Source: Eledone cirrhosa (Eukaryota). Taken from it: 64,000 bases of DNA. The notes under the pieces were generated by a model. That model had not been told where the DNA came from. It did not search any database and saw only the letters and a program-made list of their open reading frames with translations. The DNA is taken from positions 14,446,001-14,510,000 of the forward strand of contig OZ024751.1 of NCBI GenBank assembly GCA_964016885.1. Direction: 5' to 3'. Numbering within the stretch: position 1 is the first letter of the stretch; every line of letters begins with the position of its first letter. Shown piece by piece: positions 48,204-61,898 of the stretch. Both the position numbers and the translations under genes were made by a program.

Positions 48204-51200
48204 ATGGCTGTCTTAAGAGTAGGTTGTCTAAATGCGCGTGGCCTGGGCTCACCTTGGAAGCAAGCTAAACTTCTAAGTGACCTCAGGTCACAATGTATAA
48301 ATGTGATGGTTATTTGCGAGGCCCGGATCAGCAGCATGCGACAGCTAGCCCCCACCTTTGATGACTTTGAGATGCACGCATCTCTCTGTCAGCCCGGAGG
48401 TGGGGGTGGGGTTGTCGTTCTGCTGCAAAAACATCTGGGTCTCGCTACACAGACGGTACACTTGGACCCGGAGGGTCGACTCGTGGTTCTGGACCTTGGC
48501 AATGGCGAAGGCGAAGCTTTTAGGCTTGTCGCCGTATACGCCCCTTTTGGGGCAATGCGGTCGGACTTCTTCCATCGTCTGGAGACTTTTCTAGGGACGT
48601 CCCGCTCCTTGCTTTTAGTGGGGGACTGGAATGGTATCCTAGATGCACGTTGGGACTATGTAGGGGCATGTCCCGATAGAGGGGGGTGTAACAGCCTTAA
48701 GGGGTTAATCGGCCGATTCGACCTGGCCGATAGATACCGACTAGATTTTCCGACTGTACCAACCTGGACCTGGTCAAATAACAGCGGTCAATCTAGATCG
48801 TACCTAGATAGGTTCTTAGTTAGAATTAAGGATAGGGACTTTTTAAGTTGTCCAGAAATGCTCATGGTGGGCTATTCAGACCACAAGTTAGTGACCTGCG
48901 TAGTCCACCTTGATAGAACGCATAGGCAGGGGCCCGGTTACTGGAAGCTCAACTTGTCCTTACCGGCAAGTAGAGCTTACAGGGACCGGATTAGAACCTT
49001 AGTTAAGGAGCAGTTGACGGGCGCCATCGTCAACAACAGGTGGTGGGGCTCTCTAAAAAGAGAGATTAGAGTAGTTTCAATAGGAGTTAGTAAGGAGTTA
49101 GCCTCAGATAGAAATAGGAAGGAAAGGGAGTTGGTAGTTAATGTTGAAGAGGCAATGAGAAGCGGCAATGAGAAGCGGCAACGTGGCCAGAGTGCAAGCG
49201 TCGAGAACAGTCTTGAACCAGTTCTTCGACGCGAAACACGAAGGCTGCGTTGTCCGAAGCAAAATACGTGCTCTGGGAAACGAGGGGACCAAAGCTGTTA
49301 GCTGGGCCCGCGTGACAGAAGCGAAAAGTGGGATTAAATCCACTATCCGGTCTTTGCGAGACCAGGATGGACGGCTGATCCTTGAACCTAAGCAAATGTG
49401 CGAGGCCTTTCAAAGGCACTTTGCCCAATTGTTCGGGAGGGGCGGGGAGCCGGTTGGAGATGTGGATTTCGGGCCATACCTCGACGGCCTGCCGCGTCTT
49501 TCGGACAGGGAGGCGAGGTCCTGCGACGGGCCGATTTCAGCTGCTGAAATAGGGGACGTGCTGAGCCTATGCGGCAAACGCAAATCTCCAGGACTCGATG
49601 GTCTGCCCTACGAACTATATATTAATATGCCGGACTTGTTCCCCGATCTCCTCGAGGCGGTCTACTGCAACTGGCAACAGAACAGGAGAATTCCCTGTTC
49701 TGTGACCAAGGGCGTAGTCTCGCTAGTGAGGAAGGACGAGAACAAGGGGGATGACATTAGTAATTTTAGGCCCATAACTCTGCTAAATGCAGAGTTAAAG
49801 ATTTTGGCGAAGGTGTTAGCGAAGAGGTTGGCGCTTGTCGTGGGGGGCCTGGTGGGAGATGCGCAGACATGCGCTATCCCGTCCAGGTCCATCCACGACA
49901 ACCTCCACCTCATGCGATACATCATAGAGAGGGTTGGGAACGAACCCGGCTTTGGTGGGGCCCTGATAAATTTAGATCAGTCTAAAGCGTTCGATAGGGG
50001 TGGACCATGGTTACCTGGATGCGGTGCTAGCGGCGGCTGGGTTCGGACCCGTTTTCAGGGGCTGGATCACTGCCATGCATAGCAACCGCATCTGCTCTAG
50101 AGTCAAGGTGAACGGCTACCTTTCGGAGCCGTTCGAAATCACCCGCTCCATCCGACAGGGGTGCCCTCTCTCCTCCCTTCTGTATGTGTTGACTCTCGAG
50201 CCATTACTGCGGAAGTTGGAGTTGTTGCAGGGCATCCCTTTGGAACCGGGATTGCGCAAAGCGGTGTCGGCCTACGCCGATGACGTAACAGTAATGGTGT
50301 CGACCGCCTCGGAAATCGAGGCAATCGGCACCTTACTAGAGGAGTACAAAAGGTTGACAGGGGCTAAGCTGAACCGGGACAAGTCAGTCGCTTTGCAACT
50401 CGGCGAGTGGAGGGGCAAAGCGATGTCGTGCGACGGTATCGTCGGACGGTGGACGGAGGGCCCGGTGAAGTTGCTTGGGGTCTGGTTCGGACCGGACCTC
50501 CAGGTGGAGAAAAACTGGGGTGAGGTGACGAATAGGGTGTTTGCACTGACCCAGAAGTGGGCCGAGTGCAAACTATCCCTAAAAGGTCGGGCGGAGGTGG
50601 CAAACGCTTACATAGCGTCCGTCATCTATTACCGCTTGACTGTCGTGCCTTGCCCGGGTGAGATCCTCGCCAAAATTGAGCGCGCCCTCTTTTATTTCCT
50701 TTGGAAGAAGAGGTCTCCTCTGGTGAGGAGATCCATCTGCTGTCAACACCCTTTGAAAGGAGGGCTGGGGATGCCGTGGCTAAAAATGCGTAAACACGCA
50801 TTGAGGCTAAGGCACCTCCACGTATTCCTCACCGGTCAACCGGTGTGGGCCCCGTTTGTGAGGCGAGCCTTCCCGAGGCTCGTCTCGCTCACCGAGCTGC
50901 AGTCCTGGGTGAAGCAAAGACCGAGAAAACTGGGCGACTGGCACACCGAGTGTGCCCAGGCGCTCACGGCTCTCTGGCAGGCGGACCCGGCTATCGACGG
51001 CGACTCCACCTCGTCATTCTATAGAGGGCTGGTGGTTAGCGGGTGCGACGACGCCCTCGGAGAAACCCTAGGCATGGAGGAGGACGAACTGGCCAGTCTA
51101 TTCGGTAGGACTTTCGGCCCGGGACCTATGGACAACTTCCAGAAGTCCTTAGCCTGGCAGTGCTACCGAGGGGCTCTGCCCGTTCGGGATAAGCTCTACA

Positions 51201-51655
51201 GACACGGGCGCCCGGGTAGGGACCCCTCGAAAAAGATCTGTCCCAGATGCGTGCGCGACGAGGAAACCGTCGCGCACGCATTGGTGCACTGCCCGGGCGT
51301 TGCCGATCTGTGGGGCTATGTTGAACAACTGCTGTCACGGGTGGGACCAATTAGGTTGACCACCGAGTCCATTGTAACGATCAAGCCGCCTCCCCCCTTC
51401 AAAAATGAAGGAGAGGCGGTCTTCCTCTGTGTAATAGCCATGGTAAAAGAGGCTATATGGTGGACGCGTCTGAAAGGGCTGAGGTCGGACACCTTTCTCT
51501 CCGGCCAACAACTGGTCCTTTTTTTCCGATACCATTTCGGAAGAAGGATCAGGATGGAGAGAGAGGTGCTCCACTCCAGCAAGTTTTATGAAAGGTGGGT
51601 GAAAGTTGCGAGAATGGCCCGTGTGAATGGGCCTTCTCTCTACCTCAGCCTGTAG
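48204..51655 (+). pseudogene. LINE ORF2 (AP endonuclease + reverse transcriptase + C-terminal zinc finger) interrupted by two frameshifts
   Basis: APE: LNARGL, VYAP, VGDWN, YLDRF, SDH; RT: KSPGLDG, FRPITLLN, DQSKAFDR, RQGCPLS, AYADD; CPRC..HALVHC; 13-bp duplication at 49151-49176 and an extra G in the run at 49997-50000. Confidence 0.92.
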
Positions 51656-52594
51656 GTGGAACAGAAAGAAGGGAGCACTCTCTCTCTGTGCTGCCGTGGA
51701 GAAGGGTCGCACACTTTTTTTCGGGGGTGTGTGTGACCCCAAAACGATCCCTCCCTATTGAGGACCTTCTTGTTATTATTTTGTTTGTTATATTTTTCTT
51801 ACTCGATTTTTATGTAAACTCCCCCCACCCATGTACATGTCCCTTTCTTTTGTGCCCTAGTGGCAAATAAACAGAAATTAGTCTGTCTGTCTGTCTATCA
51901 GTCAGTAAGTCTGTCTGTCTGTCTATCAGTCAGTCAGTCTGTCTGTCTGTCTGTCTATCAGTCAGTCAGTCTGTCTGTCTGTCTGTCTATCAGTCAGTAA
52001 GTCTGTCAGTTTGGGATTATTGCCAGAACAGAATACATTGAATTGAAACATGTGATAATAGTGTATGTGTATGTGTATGTATGTATGTGCATATGTATGT
52101 GCATGTATGTCTATATATGTATGTGTACGTATATGTACTTATATGTATGTCTATATATGTATGTGTGTATGTATGCATATGTACATAAGCATGTGTATAT
52201 GTATGTATATGTACGTATGTGTATATATGTATGTGGGTTAGGGTGGGGGTGAATGGCATCCTTTAGAGAGATTACACTAATACTACACAATTCATTGACT
52301 CTCACACCCCACCCCCCGTCTCTCTCTTTCACTCAAGCCCCATCACCTCCTCTCTCTAACAACCCTCCTCTCTCTCTCTCACTCCTATACAAGGAGGGAG
52401 AAAACAAGATCCTGTAGATGTTATCATTAGCAATATTAAACTATATTCCCTGTGTTCTAAGCAATAAATATATTGTAGAGTGACTGGCAGATTTCATTAT
52501 CTTTGGATTTATTTCCTTCTTAAAAACAAAAACAAAATACTCTACAATATTGAACAGATTATTATCTTTAGAAGAAAGAAACCTATCAAAGCAG

Positions 52595-53489
52595 GATACA
52601 AGCTCTATGAGAAGACTAAGACTAGGTTAATTTCTCTTTATTAAAACTAGATAGAAGCTCTAAAAGAGGAAGACGAGGCTAGCTTTTCCCTATTAAAGCT
52701 ATATACAAGCTTTAGAAGAAGACTAGGCTAGCTTATCTCTATTAAAGCTAGATACAAGTTCTAGAAGACTAGACTAGCTTCATTCTATTAAACCTAGATA
52801 CAAGCTCTAGAAGAAGACTAGGCTAGCTTCTCTCAATTAAAGCTAGATACAAGCTCTAGAAGAAGAAGACTAGACTAGCTTCATTCTATTAAAGCTAGAT
52901 ACAAGCTCTGGAAGAAGAAGACTAGGCTAGCTTCTCTCTATTAAAGCTAGATACAAGCTTTAGAAGAAGACTAGGCTAGCTTCTCTCTATTAAAGCTAGA
53001 TACAAGCTCTAGAAGAAGACTAGGCTAGCTTCTCTCTATTAAAGCTAGATACAAGCTTTAGAAGAAGACTAGGCTAGCTTCTCTCTATTAAAGCTAGATA
53101 CAAGCTTTAGAAGAAGACTAGGCTAGCTTCATTTTATTAAAGCTAGATACAAGCTCTGGAAGAAAACTAGACTAGCTTATCTCTATTAATGCTAGATACA
53201 AGCTCTAAAAGAAGAAGACTAGGCTAGCTTCTCTCTATTAAAACTAGATACAAGCTCTAGAAGTCTAGGCTAGCTTATCTCTATTAATGCTAGATACAAG
53301 CTCTAAAAGATGACTAGGCTAGCTTCTCTCTAGTAAAGCTAGATACAAGCGCTAGAAGAAGAAGACTAGGCTAGCTTTTCCCTATTAAAGCTAGATACAA
53401 GCTCTAGAAGAAAAAGAAGGCTAGACTAGCTTCTTTCTATTAAAGCTAGATACAAGCTCTAGAAGAAGAAGACTAGGCTAGCTTCTCTC

Positions 53490-53490
<1 letters not shown>
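52595..53490. repeat. ~46-52-bp minisatellite x ~18 (AGCTAGATACAAGCTCTAGAAGAAGACTAGGCTAGCTTCTCTCTATTAA)
   Basis: Direct periodicity; length varies with the (GAA)n count. Confidence 0.95.
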
Positions 53491-53526
<36 letters not shown>

Positions 53527-53842
53527 TGTGACATTTGACCTGGCTTATCACACAATGGGGTAGCTAGTCTAACCCATGCTAGTGTAGAAAATGGATGATG
53601 ATGATGATACATACTGATGTATATCACACTATTTTGTAACGGAGCGCATATTTTGAATTGAGATTTTGTATCCAGTAGATAAATAGCATGATCGTTTTCT
53701 ATATCCTACTTTCATGGGAAAAGATGCAACTTATACACAAATATATATGTATATATATAAATATACACACAAATATATATATACCTATATATACCTATAT
53801 ATTTGTATATATATTTGTATATATATATATATACACACACAC

Positions 53843-53891
<49 letters not shown>

Positions 53892-53978
53892 TATATATAT
53901 ATATATACACACAAATATATATATACCTATATATTTGTATATATATTTGTGTATATATATATATATACACACACAGAA

Positions 53979-54011
<33 letters not shown>

Positions 54012-54042
54012 AATATATATATATATATATATATACACACAG

Positions 54043-54087
<45 letters not shown>

Positions 54088-54609
54088 GAAATATATATAT
54101 ATATATATATATACACACAGAAATATATATATATATATATATATATACACAAATATATATATATATTGGCAGAGTGAGTGGTAGCAGGAAGCAAATACAG
54201 CTGTAAAAACAATTATTACCACCATATGAAAGTATATATGCATGTCTGTGTGTGTATATATACATTGACACATATATATACACACACATACACACACACA
54301 TATATATTTTTTACATACACACACACATACATATATATATATACACACACACACACACATATATATAACTAAACTATTTATTGCTTAGTTATTACACAGC
54401 AGTCATTGGTTTTTCACCTTTAATAGGTTATATTCCAAGTTGTCAGAGGTTAGACATGTTTGTATTATTAATATAGCTTTCCTTAACTGAGAGTTTCTAT
54501 TGTTATTCTCTTTTTTCCTCTTCCTAATCAACCAGTCCTTAATACTCACTGACATCCTACTACAACCCCCACCACACCACATACAACAACAACACAACAA
54601 CAACAACAA

Positions 54610-55306
54610 TCTAGGTTCAGTGAAATCCTAGGTGTTAACTACAAAATAACCCAACAACAACAACCCAGGTTCAGTGAAATCCAAGGTGTTAACTACAAAA
54701 TAACCCAACAACAACAACAACCCACGTTCAGTGAAATCCTAGGTGTTAACTACAAAATAACAACAACCCAGGTTCAGTGAAATCCAAGGTGTTAACTACA
54801 AAATAACAACAACCCAGGTTCAGTGAAATCCAAGGTGTTAACTACAAAATAACCCAACAACAACAACCCAGGTTCAGTGAAATCCAAGGTGTTAACTACA
54901 AAATAGCCCAACAACAACAACAACCCAGGTTCAGTGAAATCCTAGGTGTTAACTACAAAATAACCCTACAACAACAACCCAGGTTCAGTGAAATCCAAGG
55001 TGTTAACTACAAAATAGCCCAACAACAACAACAACCCAGGTTCAGTGAAATCCTAGGTGTTAACTACAAAATAACCCTACAACAACAACCCAGGTTCAGT
55101 GAAATCCAAGGTGTTAACTACAAAATAACCCAACAACAACAACAACCCAGGTTCAGTGAAATCCAAGGTGTTAACTACAAAATAACCCTACAACAACAAC
55201 CCAGGTTCAGTGAAATCCAAGGTGTTAACTACAAAATAACCCTACAACAACAACCCAGGTTCAGTGAAATCCAAGGTGTTAACTACAAAATAACCCAACA
55301 ACAACA
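54610..55306. repeat. 45-57-bp minisatellite x ~13 (CCCAGGTTCAGTGAAATCCAAGGTGTTAACTACAAAATAA + (CAA)n)
   Basis: Direct periodicity. Confidence 0.95.
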
Positions 55307-55837
55307 GGTATTTTTCTGTTGTATAAAACACTCAATTAATAAACTAACAACCCCTACTTAACCTGTTGTTTCTCTTTTATTTCTCTCTCTCTCTAACTGT
55401 TTCTTACACTTTCTTTCTCTCTCTCTAACTGTTTCTTACACTTTCTTTCTCTCTCTCTCTCTAACTGTTTCTCCCTCTTTCTTCTCCCCCCTCTCTCTGT
55501 CCAATTGTTTCATACATTTTCTCCCGCTTTCTTTCTCTTTCTGTCTCTGTCCATCTGTTTTTCACACTTTCCCCCTCTATGCCTGTTCTCTCTCTCTCTC
55601 CAACCATTTCACTCTCTTTATCCAACTATTTCTCACGTTCTCCCTCTCCCTATCAACTATATAGTAACCAATACTTCTGTTTCCTATTAAACATCAACAT
55701 AGATCATATTTACTGTTTCTACCTTCAGCTCATATTTCACTGATCATCACCATTTACCTTCAGGTTTCACTGCCTTTATACATAAATACACACACACACA
55801 TATATATATAGATACATACACACATATATATGTATAT

Positions 55838-56400
55838 ATGGTGGCTGCCAACTCGTTTTCGAGTACGGCCACTACTTTATATCCATGTAAGAGAACCCCA
55901 ACCGATGCGCTGAACGAGTGTGACTTTTTAGTCCAGCCAGCGACTTGAAAACTCTGGTACAAACACTACACGTGTGACAATTATTGACACATGGTGCTGG
56001 GCCCATGGTACCATGTGACGACAAGTGCAGAGAGATCTCCAGATATAAAGCAATGCCTGTGCCGTGAAGCTTTTATAGTGAGCAAAGGCACTGCACAAAG
56101 CCAGTCCCACTCTCTTAACCAAGATGATATTTACCAAAAAGAAGAACAAGTCAACATCATTGGATACCATCAGAGTTGCAGGTGTTATATCAGAGTTTTC
56201 CTTCTCCTAGAATTCTGCCTTGACAAAGGCTAAGGGGTCATCTCTTCCGGTGATTTTGGATGGCCATTGACTCTTAAGAGCTCCTTTGCCCTTTGACAGG
56301 TTTTGTTTTTTAGTCCTGCAGGATGTCCAAAGTCACCCTCCTCACCAAGAAACCTTGGTGGGGTTGCAAGTTTAGTCGCCAACGACCCGACCATGAGACA
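55838..56400 (-). mobile_element. Non-autonomous bipartite RTE-derived element, longer copy (~560 bp)
   Basis: Extends ~150 bp further 5' than the 26067 copy (GGTCGTTGGCGACTAAACTTGCAACCCCACC...AAAACCTGTCAAAGGGC); flanked by TA/CA microsatellite. Confidence 0.72.
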
Positions 56401-56450
56401 TATATATACATATGTATATATATATATATATATACAAACACACACACACA

Positions 56451-56510
<60 letters not shown>

Positions 56511-56557
56511 TATATATATACACATACATACACACACACATATATATATACACCACC

Positions 56558-56852
56558 CCTTTCTCTGTAAAGTTATGTTGGTACCACAACATCCAGTCCG
56601 AAACAAATGAGGTCGTGTAGGTGTCACGATAAAAAAACACACAGTCCACGCTGTAATGTGGCCGTGTAGGTAACATGGTAAAAACCTCCCAGTCCACACT
56701 GTAAACGTGGTTGGTGTTAGGAAGGGCATCTAGCCGTAGAAAACCCGCCAGACAGTCCTATACGAACAAGACAACCAATCTTGCCTCAAGTGGGAAAATT
56801 CCCGTCCAAACCCATGCTAGCGCGGAAGATGGACGTTAAATGATGATGATGA
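56558..56852 (+). mobile_element. RTE-tail SINE (GTTAGGAAGGGCATCTAGCCGTAGAAA domain)
   Basis: Ends AACCCATGCTAGCGCGGAAGATGGACGTTAAATGATGATGATG. Confidence 0.75.
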
Positions 56853-57058
56853 CACATACATACATACACACACACACACATATGTATGTATATATATATA
56901 TATACACACATACATACACACACCTCATATATATATACACATACATACACACACACATATATATATACACACATACATACACACACACATATATATATAT
57001 ACACATACATACACACACACATATATATACATACACATACATACATACACACACACAC

Positions 57059-57106
<48 letters not shown>

Positions 57107-57230
57107 TTATATGTATATTTATATATATATATGTATATATATTTATATGTATATATATATATATATACATGTATTATACACAACTGACATGCATGCATGT
57201 ATGTATGTATATATATATATATATATAAAT

Positions 57231-57360
57231 AATTGTTTCTACTTTTGGCACAAGGCCAGCAATTACCCAGTGTATTACTGGTACTTTATTTTATCGACCC
57301 CATAAGGATGAAAGGCAAAGTTAATCTCGGCAGGATTTGAACTCAGAATGGTAAGGGCCA
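57231..57360 (-). mobile_element. Meta/MESC-type SINE, truncated
   Basis: Core and B box on the minus strand. Confidence 0.82.
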
Positions 57361-57605
57361 AATAATATAAGATCAAAAGATGGTTAAAAGAGTTCCATGT
57401 ATTTTATTATGTGCATTTCAAAAACAAATATCATCATGCGATGACATTTGCGTTTTCATCAGATAAAATAGGGAAACATGATATCAAGGTTAAAAAACAC
57501 TTGTGAATAGTGCAGTTTTAAATCAATATATGAAAATTAGTTTATTGTACTACAATAAAACTCACCTCCTACATATATATATATATATATATACATATAT
57601 ATATA

Positions 57606-57775
57606 ATAAAGAAGGTGTTGGTAAGATACCAGGTGGACCATAACACACCAGAGTACTCAATACTTGGAGTATTAGAGTGAGTAATAGGAAAAGAGTCAGA
57701 AAGCCCTGACGGCTGAGCTCCAGCCATTACGACAGCAAGAGCTCAGCCGTTGGGGTCCTGACACTTTTCATATTA
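57606..57775 (-). mobile_element. PLE-like fold-back relic, same family as 33281-33477
   Basis: Shared GGACCAT..CACCAGAGTACTCAATACTT..AGAGTG(A/G)GTAATAGGAAAA; inverted arms around GAGCTC; (TA)n flanks. Confidence 0.55.
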
Positions 57776-57801
57776 TATATATATATAAATATATATATAT
57801 A

Positions 57802-57897
57802 TAGGGTGTCCAAAAAAATGTATATGCACTTCAACAGCATTCTAATAAATATTACTTGTACAGGTAAACAAAATGTGTATACATTTTGGGGGGACAC

Positions 57898-57901
<4 letters not shown>
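57802..57901. mobile_element. ~100-bp Tc1/mariner-type MITE
   Basis: AGGGTGTCCAAAAAAATGTATA...TATACATTTTGGGGGGACACCCTG terminal inverted repeats. Confidence 0.7.
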
Positions 57902-57967
<66 letters not shown>

Positions 57968-58039
57968 TTACATAACTGACATGTGTATTTAGTATACATA
58001 TATAAGCAGTTTTTCTGATTGTACCACCAATATCACCCT

Positions 58040-59438
58040 CACCACCATCATCATCATCATCTCTACCACACCACCATCATCATCATCTCTACCACACCAC
58101 CACCATCATCATCTCTACCACACCTCCACTTCCGCCATCTCTACCACACCACCACTTCGCCATCTCTACCACACCACCACCATCATCATCTCTACCACAC
58201 CTCCACTTCCGCCATCTCTACCACACCACACCACTACTTCCCCCATCTCTACCACACCACACCACTACTTCCCCCATCTCTACCACACCACACCACTACT
58301 TCCCCCATCTCTACCACACCACACTAACACTTCCGCCATCTCTACCACACCACCACTTCCGCCATCTCTACCACACCACCACTTCCGCCATCTCTACCAC
58401 ACCACCACTTCCGCCATCTCTACCACACCACCACTTCCGCCATCTCTACCACACCACCAATTCTGCCATCTCTACCACACCACCATCATCATTATCTCTA
58501 CCACACCACCACTTCACCATCTCTACTGCACCACACCACCAATTCCGCCATCTCTACCACACCACCAATTCCGCCACACCACCACCACCACCAAATCCTC
58601 CATCTCTACCACACCACCAATTCTGCCACACCACCACCACCACCAAATCCTCCATCTCTACCACACCACCAATTCCGCCACACCACCACCACCACCAATT
58701 CCGCCATCTCTACCACACCACCAATTCCGCCACACCACCACCACCACCAAATCCTCCATCTCTACCACACCACCAATTCCGCCACACCACCACCACCAAA
58801 TCCTCCATCTCTACCACACCACCAATTCCGCCACACCACCACCACCACCAAATCCTCCATCTCTACCACACTACCAATTCCGCCATCTCTACCACACCAC
58901 CAATTCCGCCATCTCTACCACACCACCAATTCCGCCACACCACCACCACCACCAAATCCTCCATCTCTACCACATCACCAATTCCGCCACACCACCACCA
59001 CCACCAATTCCGCCATCGCTACCACACCACCAATTCCGCCACACCACCACCACCACCAATTCCGCCATCGCTACCACACCACCAATTCCGCCACACCACC
59101 ACCACCACCAATTCCGCCATCGCTACCACACCACCAATTCCGCCACACCACCACCACCACCAATTCCGCCATCGCTACCACACCACCAATTCCGCCACAC
59201 CACCACCACCACCAATTCCGCCATCGCTACCACACCACCAATTCCGCCACACCACCACCACCACCAATTCCGCCATCGCTACCACACCACCAATTCCGCC
59301 ACACCACCACCACCAAATCCTCCATCTCTACCATACCACCAATTCCGCCACACCACCACCACCAAATCCTCCATCTCTACCACACCACCAATTCCGCCAT
59401 CTCTACCACACCACCACCACCACCATCATCTCTACCAC
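58040..59438. repeat. C-rich minisatellite, 26-bp unit (CCACACCACCAATTCCGCCATCTCTA) evolving into ~45-50-bp composite units
   Basis: Direct periodicity. Confidence 0.93.
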
Positions 59439-59761
59439 TGATACTTCTGTCCTGATTAAAAAGAAAGGTTTGCTGTATTTCTTTCCTTTGTTTAACACTG
59501 GTTAAATTGCTTCTGTAAGAGGATATTAAGTGAACCTTTTACACCTGTCCCACCTAAACCTGTCAGTTCTATCTGTAGGCTGATTACACTGGAGATACCA
59601 TTTCATCTCTCACCATTCCAGTGGTTCTTCTAGTCAGATGGCTCTTGCCTCATTAATCACCAATGTATTCAGTTTGGCTACTTTCCACTTGGTTAACTAC
59701 TTTGAGAACAGAAAGCAACTTCACTACTGATAACTTCAATCTAAATACTTGACAACCAGCT

Positions 59762-60685
59762 CATAATACTGGTAGTTTAGTCTTAATACTGACACATTAG
59801 TCATAATACTGATAATATAGTCATAATTGTTTTTACTTTTAGCACAAGGCCAGCAATTATCCCAGTGTAATACTGGTACTTTATTTTATCGACCCCACTG
59901 GTAGTTTAGTCTTAATATTGACACATTAGTCATAATTCTGATAATACTGGTAGTTTAGTCTTATACTGACACTTTAGTCATAATACTGGTATTTTAGTCT
60001 TAATACTGACACCTTAGTCACAATACTGGTATTTTTAGTCTTAATACTGACACCTTAGTTATAATTGTTTCTACTTTTGGCACAAGGCCAGCAATTACCC
60101 AGTGTATTACCGGTACTTTATTTTATCGACCCCGTAAGGATGAAAGGCAAAGTTAACCTCGGTGGGATTTGAACTCAGAATGGCAAGGGCCATAATTCTA
60201 TGCGTCAAAGCATGGCGTCCGACCCTCTACCGATACTGCCAATCCACAGTCATAATACTGGTAGTTAGTTCTAATACTGACATCTTAGTCATAATTGTTT
60301 CTACTTTTGGCACAAGGCCATCAATTATCCCAGTGCATTACTGGTACTTTATTTTATCTACCCCGTAAGGATGAAAGGCAAAGTTAACCTCGGCGGGATT
60401 TGCAAAGCATGGAGTCCGACCCTCTACCGATACTGCCAATCCGCCGCCTATAGTCATAATATTGGTAATTTAGTCATAATACTGACAATCAAATCTTAAT
60501 ACTGGTAGCTTGTCATAATACTAATAATTTAGGCTAAATACTGGTAGTTAAGTCTTAATATTGATGCTTTTCATCTAAATATTGATGTATTGGTCTTAGT
60601 ACTGATGTCTTGGTCTTAATTCTGATGCCATAATCTTGATACTGGTAGTTTAGTCTTAATATTGATGTGTAGGTCTTAGTACTGA
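59762..60685. repeat. Degenerate ~20-bp repeat (TAATACTGGTAGTTTAGTC) hosting three Meta/MESC SINE pieces (59825-59897, 60063-60248, 60293-60450, all minus)
   Basis: Repeat units and SINE cores directly visible. Confidence 0.8.
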
Positions 60686-60937
60686 TTTCAAAAGGTGTCA
60701 GTTACCAAGCCCCAAACAAACAGCAGTACAAGGTAAATTAATTTACACTCTAAGAAACAGACTACTGTAAGAACAAATGTCATGCTATAAATTCTGTGTA
60801 TAGTTAGTGATTGTAGAAGCCATTAATCTCATAGTTTCACTGTTAATGTTCGCCATCAGCACCACCATCATTATCATCATCATCACCACCACCATTATCA
60901 TCATCATTTTTACATCCACCACCACATGTCCTTTGCC

Positions 60938-61146
60938 TTACCACTTTAGCATTTAAACTGGCCATATCTGGCCAGAATTCTCTCACCTCTTTCTATTCAA
61001 ACTGGCCTTAACTGGCCACTCATACTGATGTTAAGGTATTGTTCTCAAAATAAATAATATCAAAATCTCATAGATTTGATATTATGTAAGCCTTACCATG
61101 AAAATATAATAGTAAATATAGAATAATGTAAATACTAAAAGGTTAA
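60938..61146 (+). mobile_element. piggyBac-type MITE; extra right end at 61174-61200
   Basis: CTTTAGCATTTAAACTGGCC...TAAATACTAAAAGG-TTAA. Confidence 0.75.
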
Positions 61147-61810
61147 GTTGAATCTACTCTGTTGCAAATATTTGGAGTAATGTAAATGTTAAAGGGTTAA
61201 AGTATTTATACTTATATTAAAACTTTCCATCATAAATCTACATAATAAATCTTTAAGTAATGTTCCAAATACCGGCTTACTAATGAAAAAGTTATTTTAT
61301 GAAACTATTGACAAGATCGTGTAAGATGGAACCCATCAAATTGGACCAAGGAAACAATGTTTCCATTGGTCTTTCCCTTGTTGATATTATCTATCGGTTG
61401 CAACTACTGACAGAAAGAGCAATGTGAAATAAAGTGTCTTGCTGGAGAACATAACCCATCGCCAGGCCTGGGAATCGAACTTGCAACCTCATGATTGCAA
61501 ATCCATTATTAAACTACTCCAAATTTTGATTCATTGAAACAAATAGGCAGTGTATTTCATTATAAATATCTATGGGATTAAAAGGGCTATCAAAGTTTCT
61601 TAAGGTTTATAGATAAATATAAACACTTTAAAATACACAGCTCAGTATATTAAAACCAGGGTTAGTTTGGTATTAAAAAGGATTATCAAAGGTTCTTAAG
61701 GTTTATAGATGAATATAAACACTTTAAAATAAACAGCTGAATATAATAAAAGCAGGGTTAATATGTGGTATTAAAAGGGTTAACTATCGATGTCTAACAT
61801 CTAACCTTAC

Positions 61811-61898
61811 TGAGCTTCTTTCCTGGTTCTTGGTCACCCATGGTGAATTATGTCCAGGTATTTCTTGACCTGGTTTTTTTTCTTCTTTTAACAAACAT
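61811..61898 (-). other. Weak candidate exon containing a start codon (MGDQEPGKKL, phase 1)
   Basis: Minus strand TTCACCATGG Kozak context, donor A|GTAAGG; weak acceptor TGCAG. Confidence 0.2.

Larger units (their letters stand above)
46246..51880 (+). mobile_element. Full-length L1/Tx1-clade non-LTR retrotransposon flanked by (GTCT)n
   Basis: 5'UTR ~174 bp, ORF1, 23-bp spacer, ORF2 (APE-RT-CCHC), 3'UTR with AATAAA at 51866-51871; (GTCT)n immediately on both sides; no poly(A). Confidence 0.93.

Noticed and set aside
60690-60733. Plus-strand micro-exon AG|GTGTCAG...TACAAG|GTAAAT
   Set aside because: Weak pyrimidine tract, adjacent to a degenerate repeat; such matches are expected by chance
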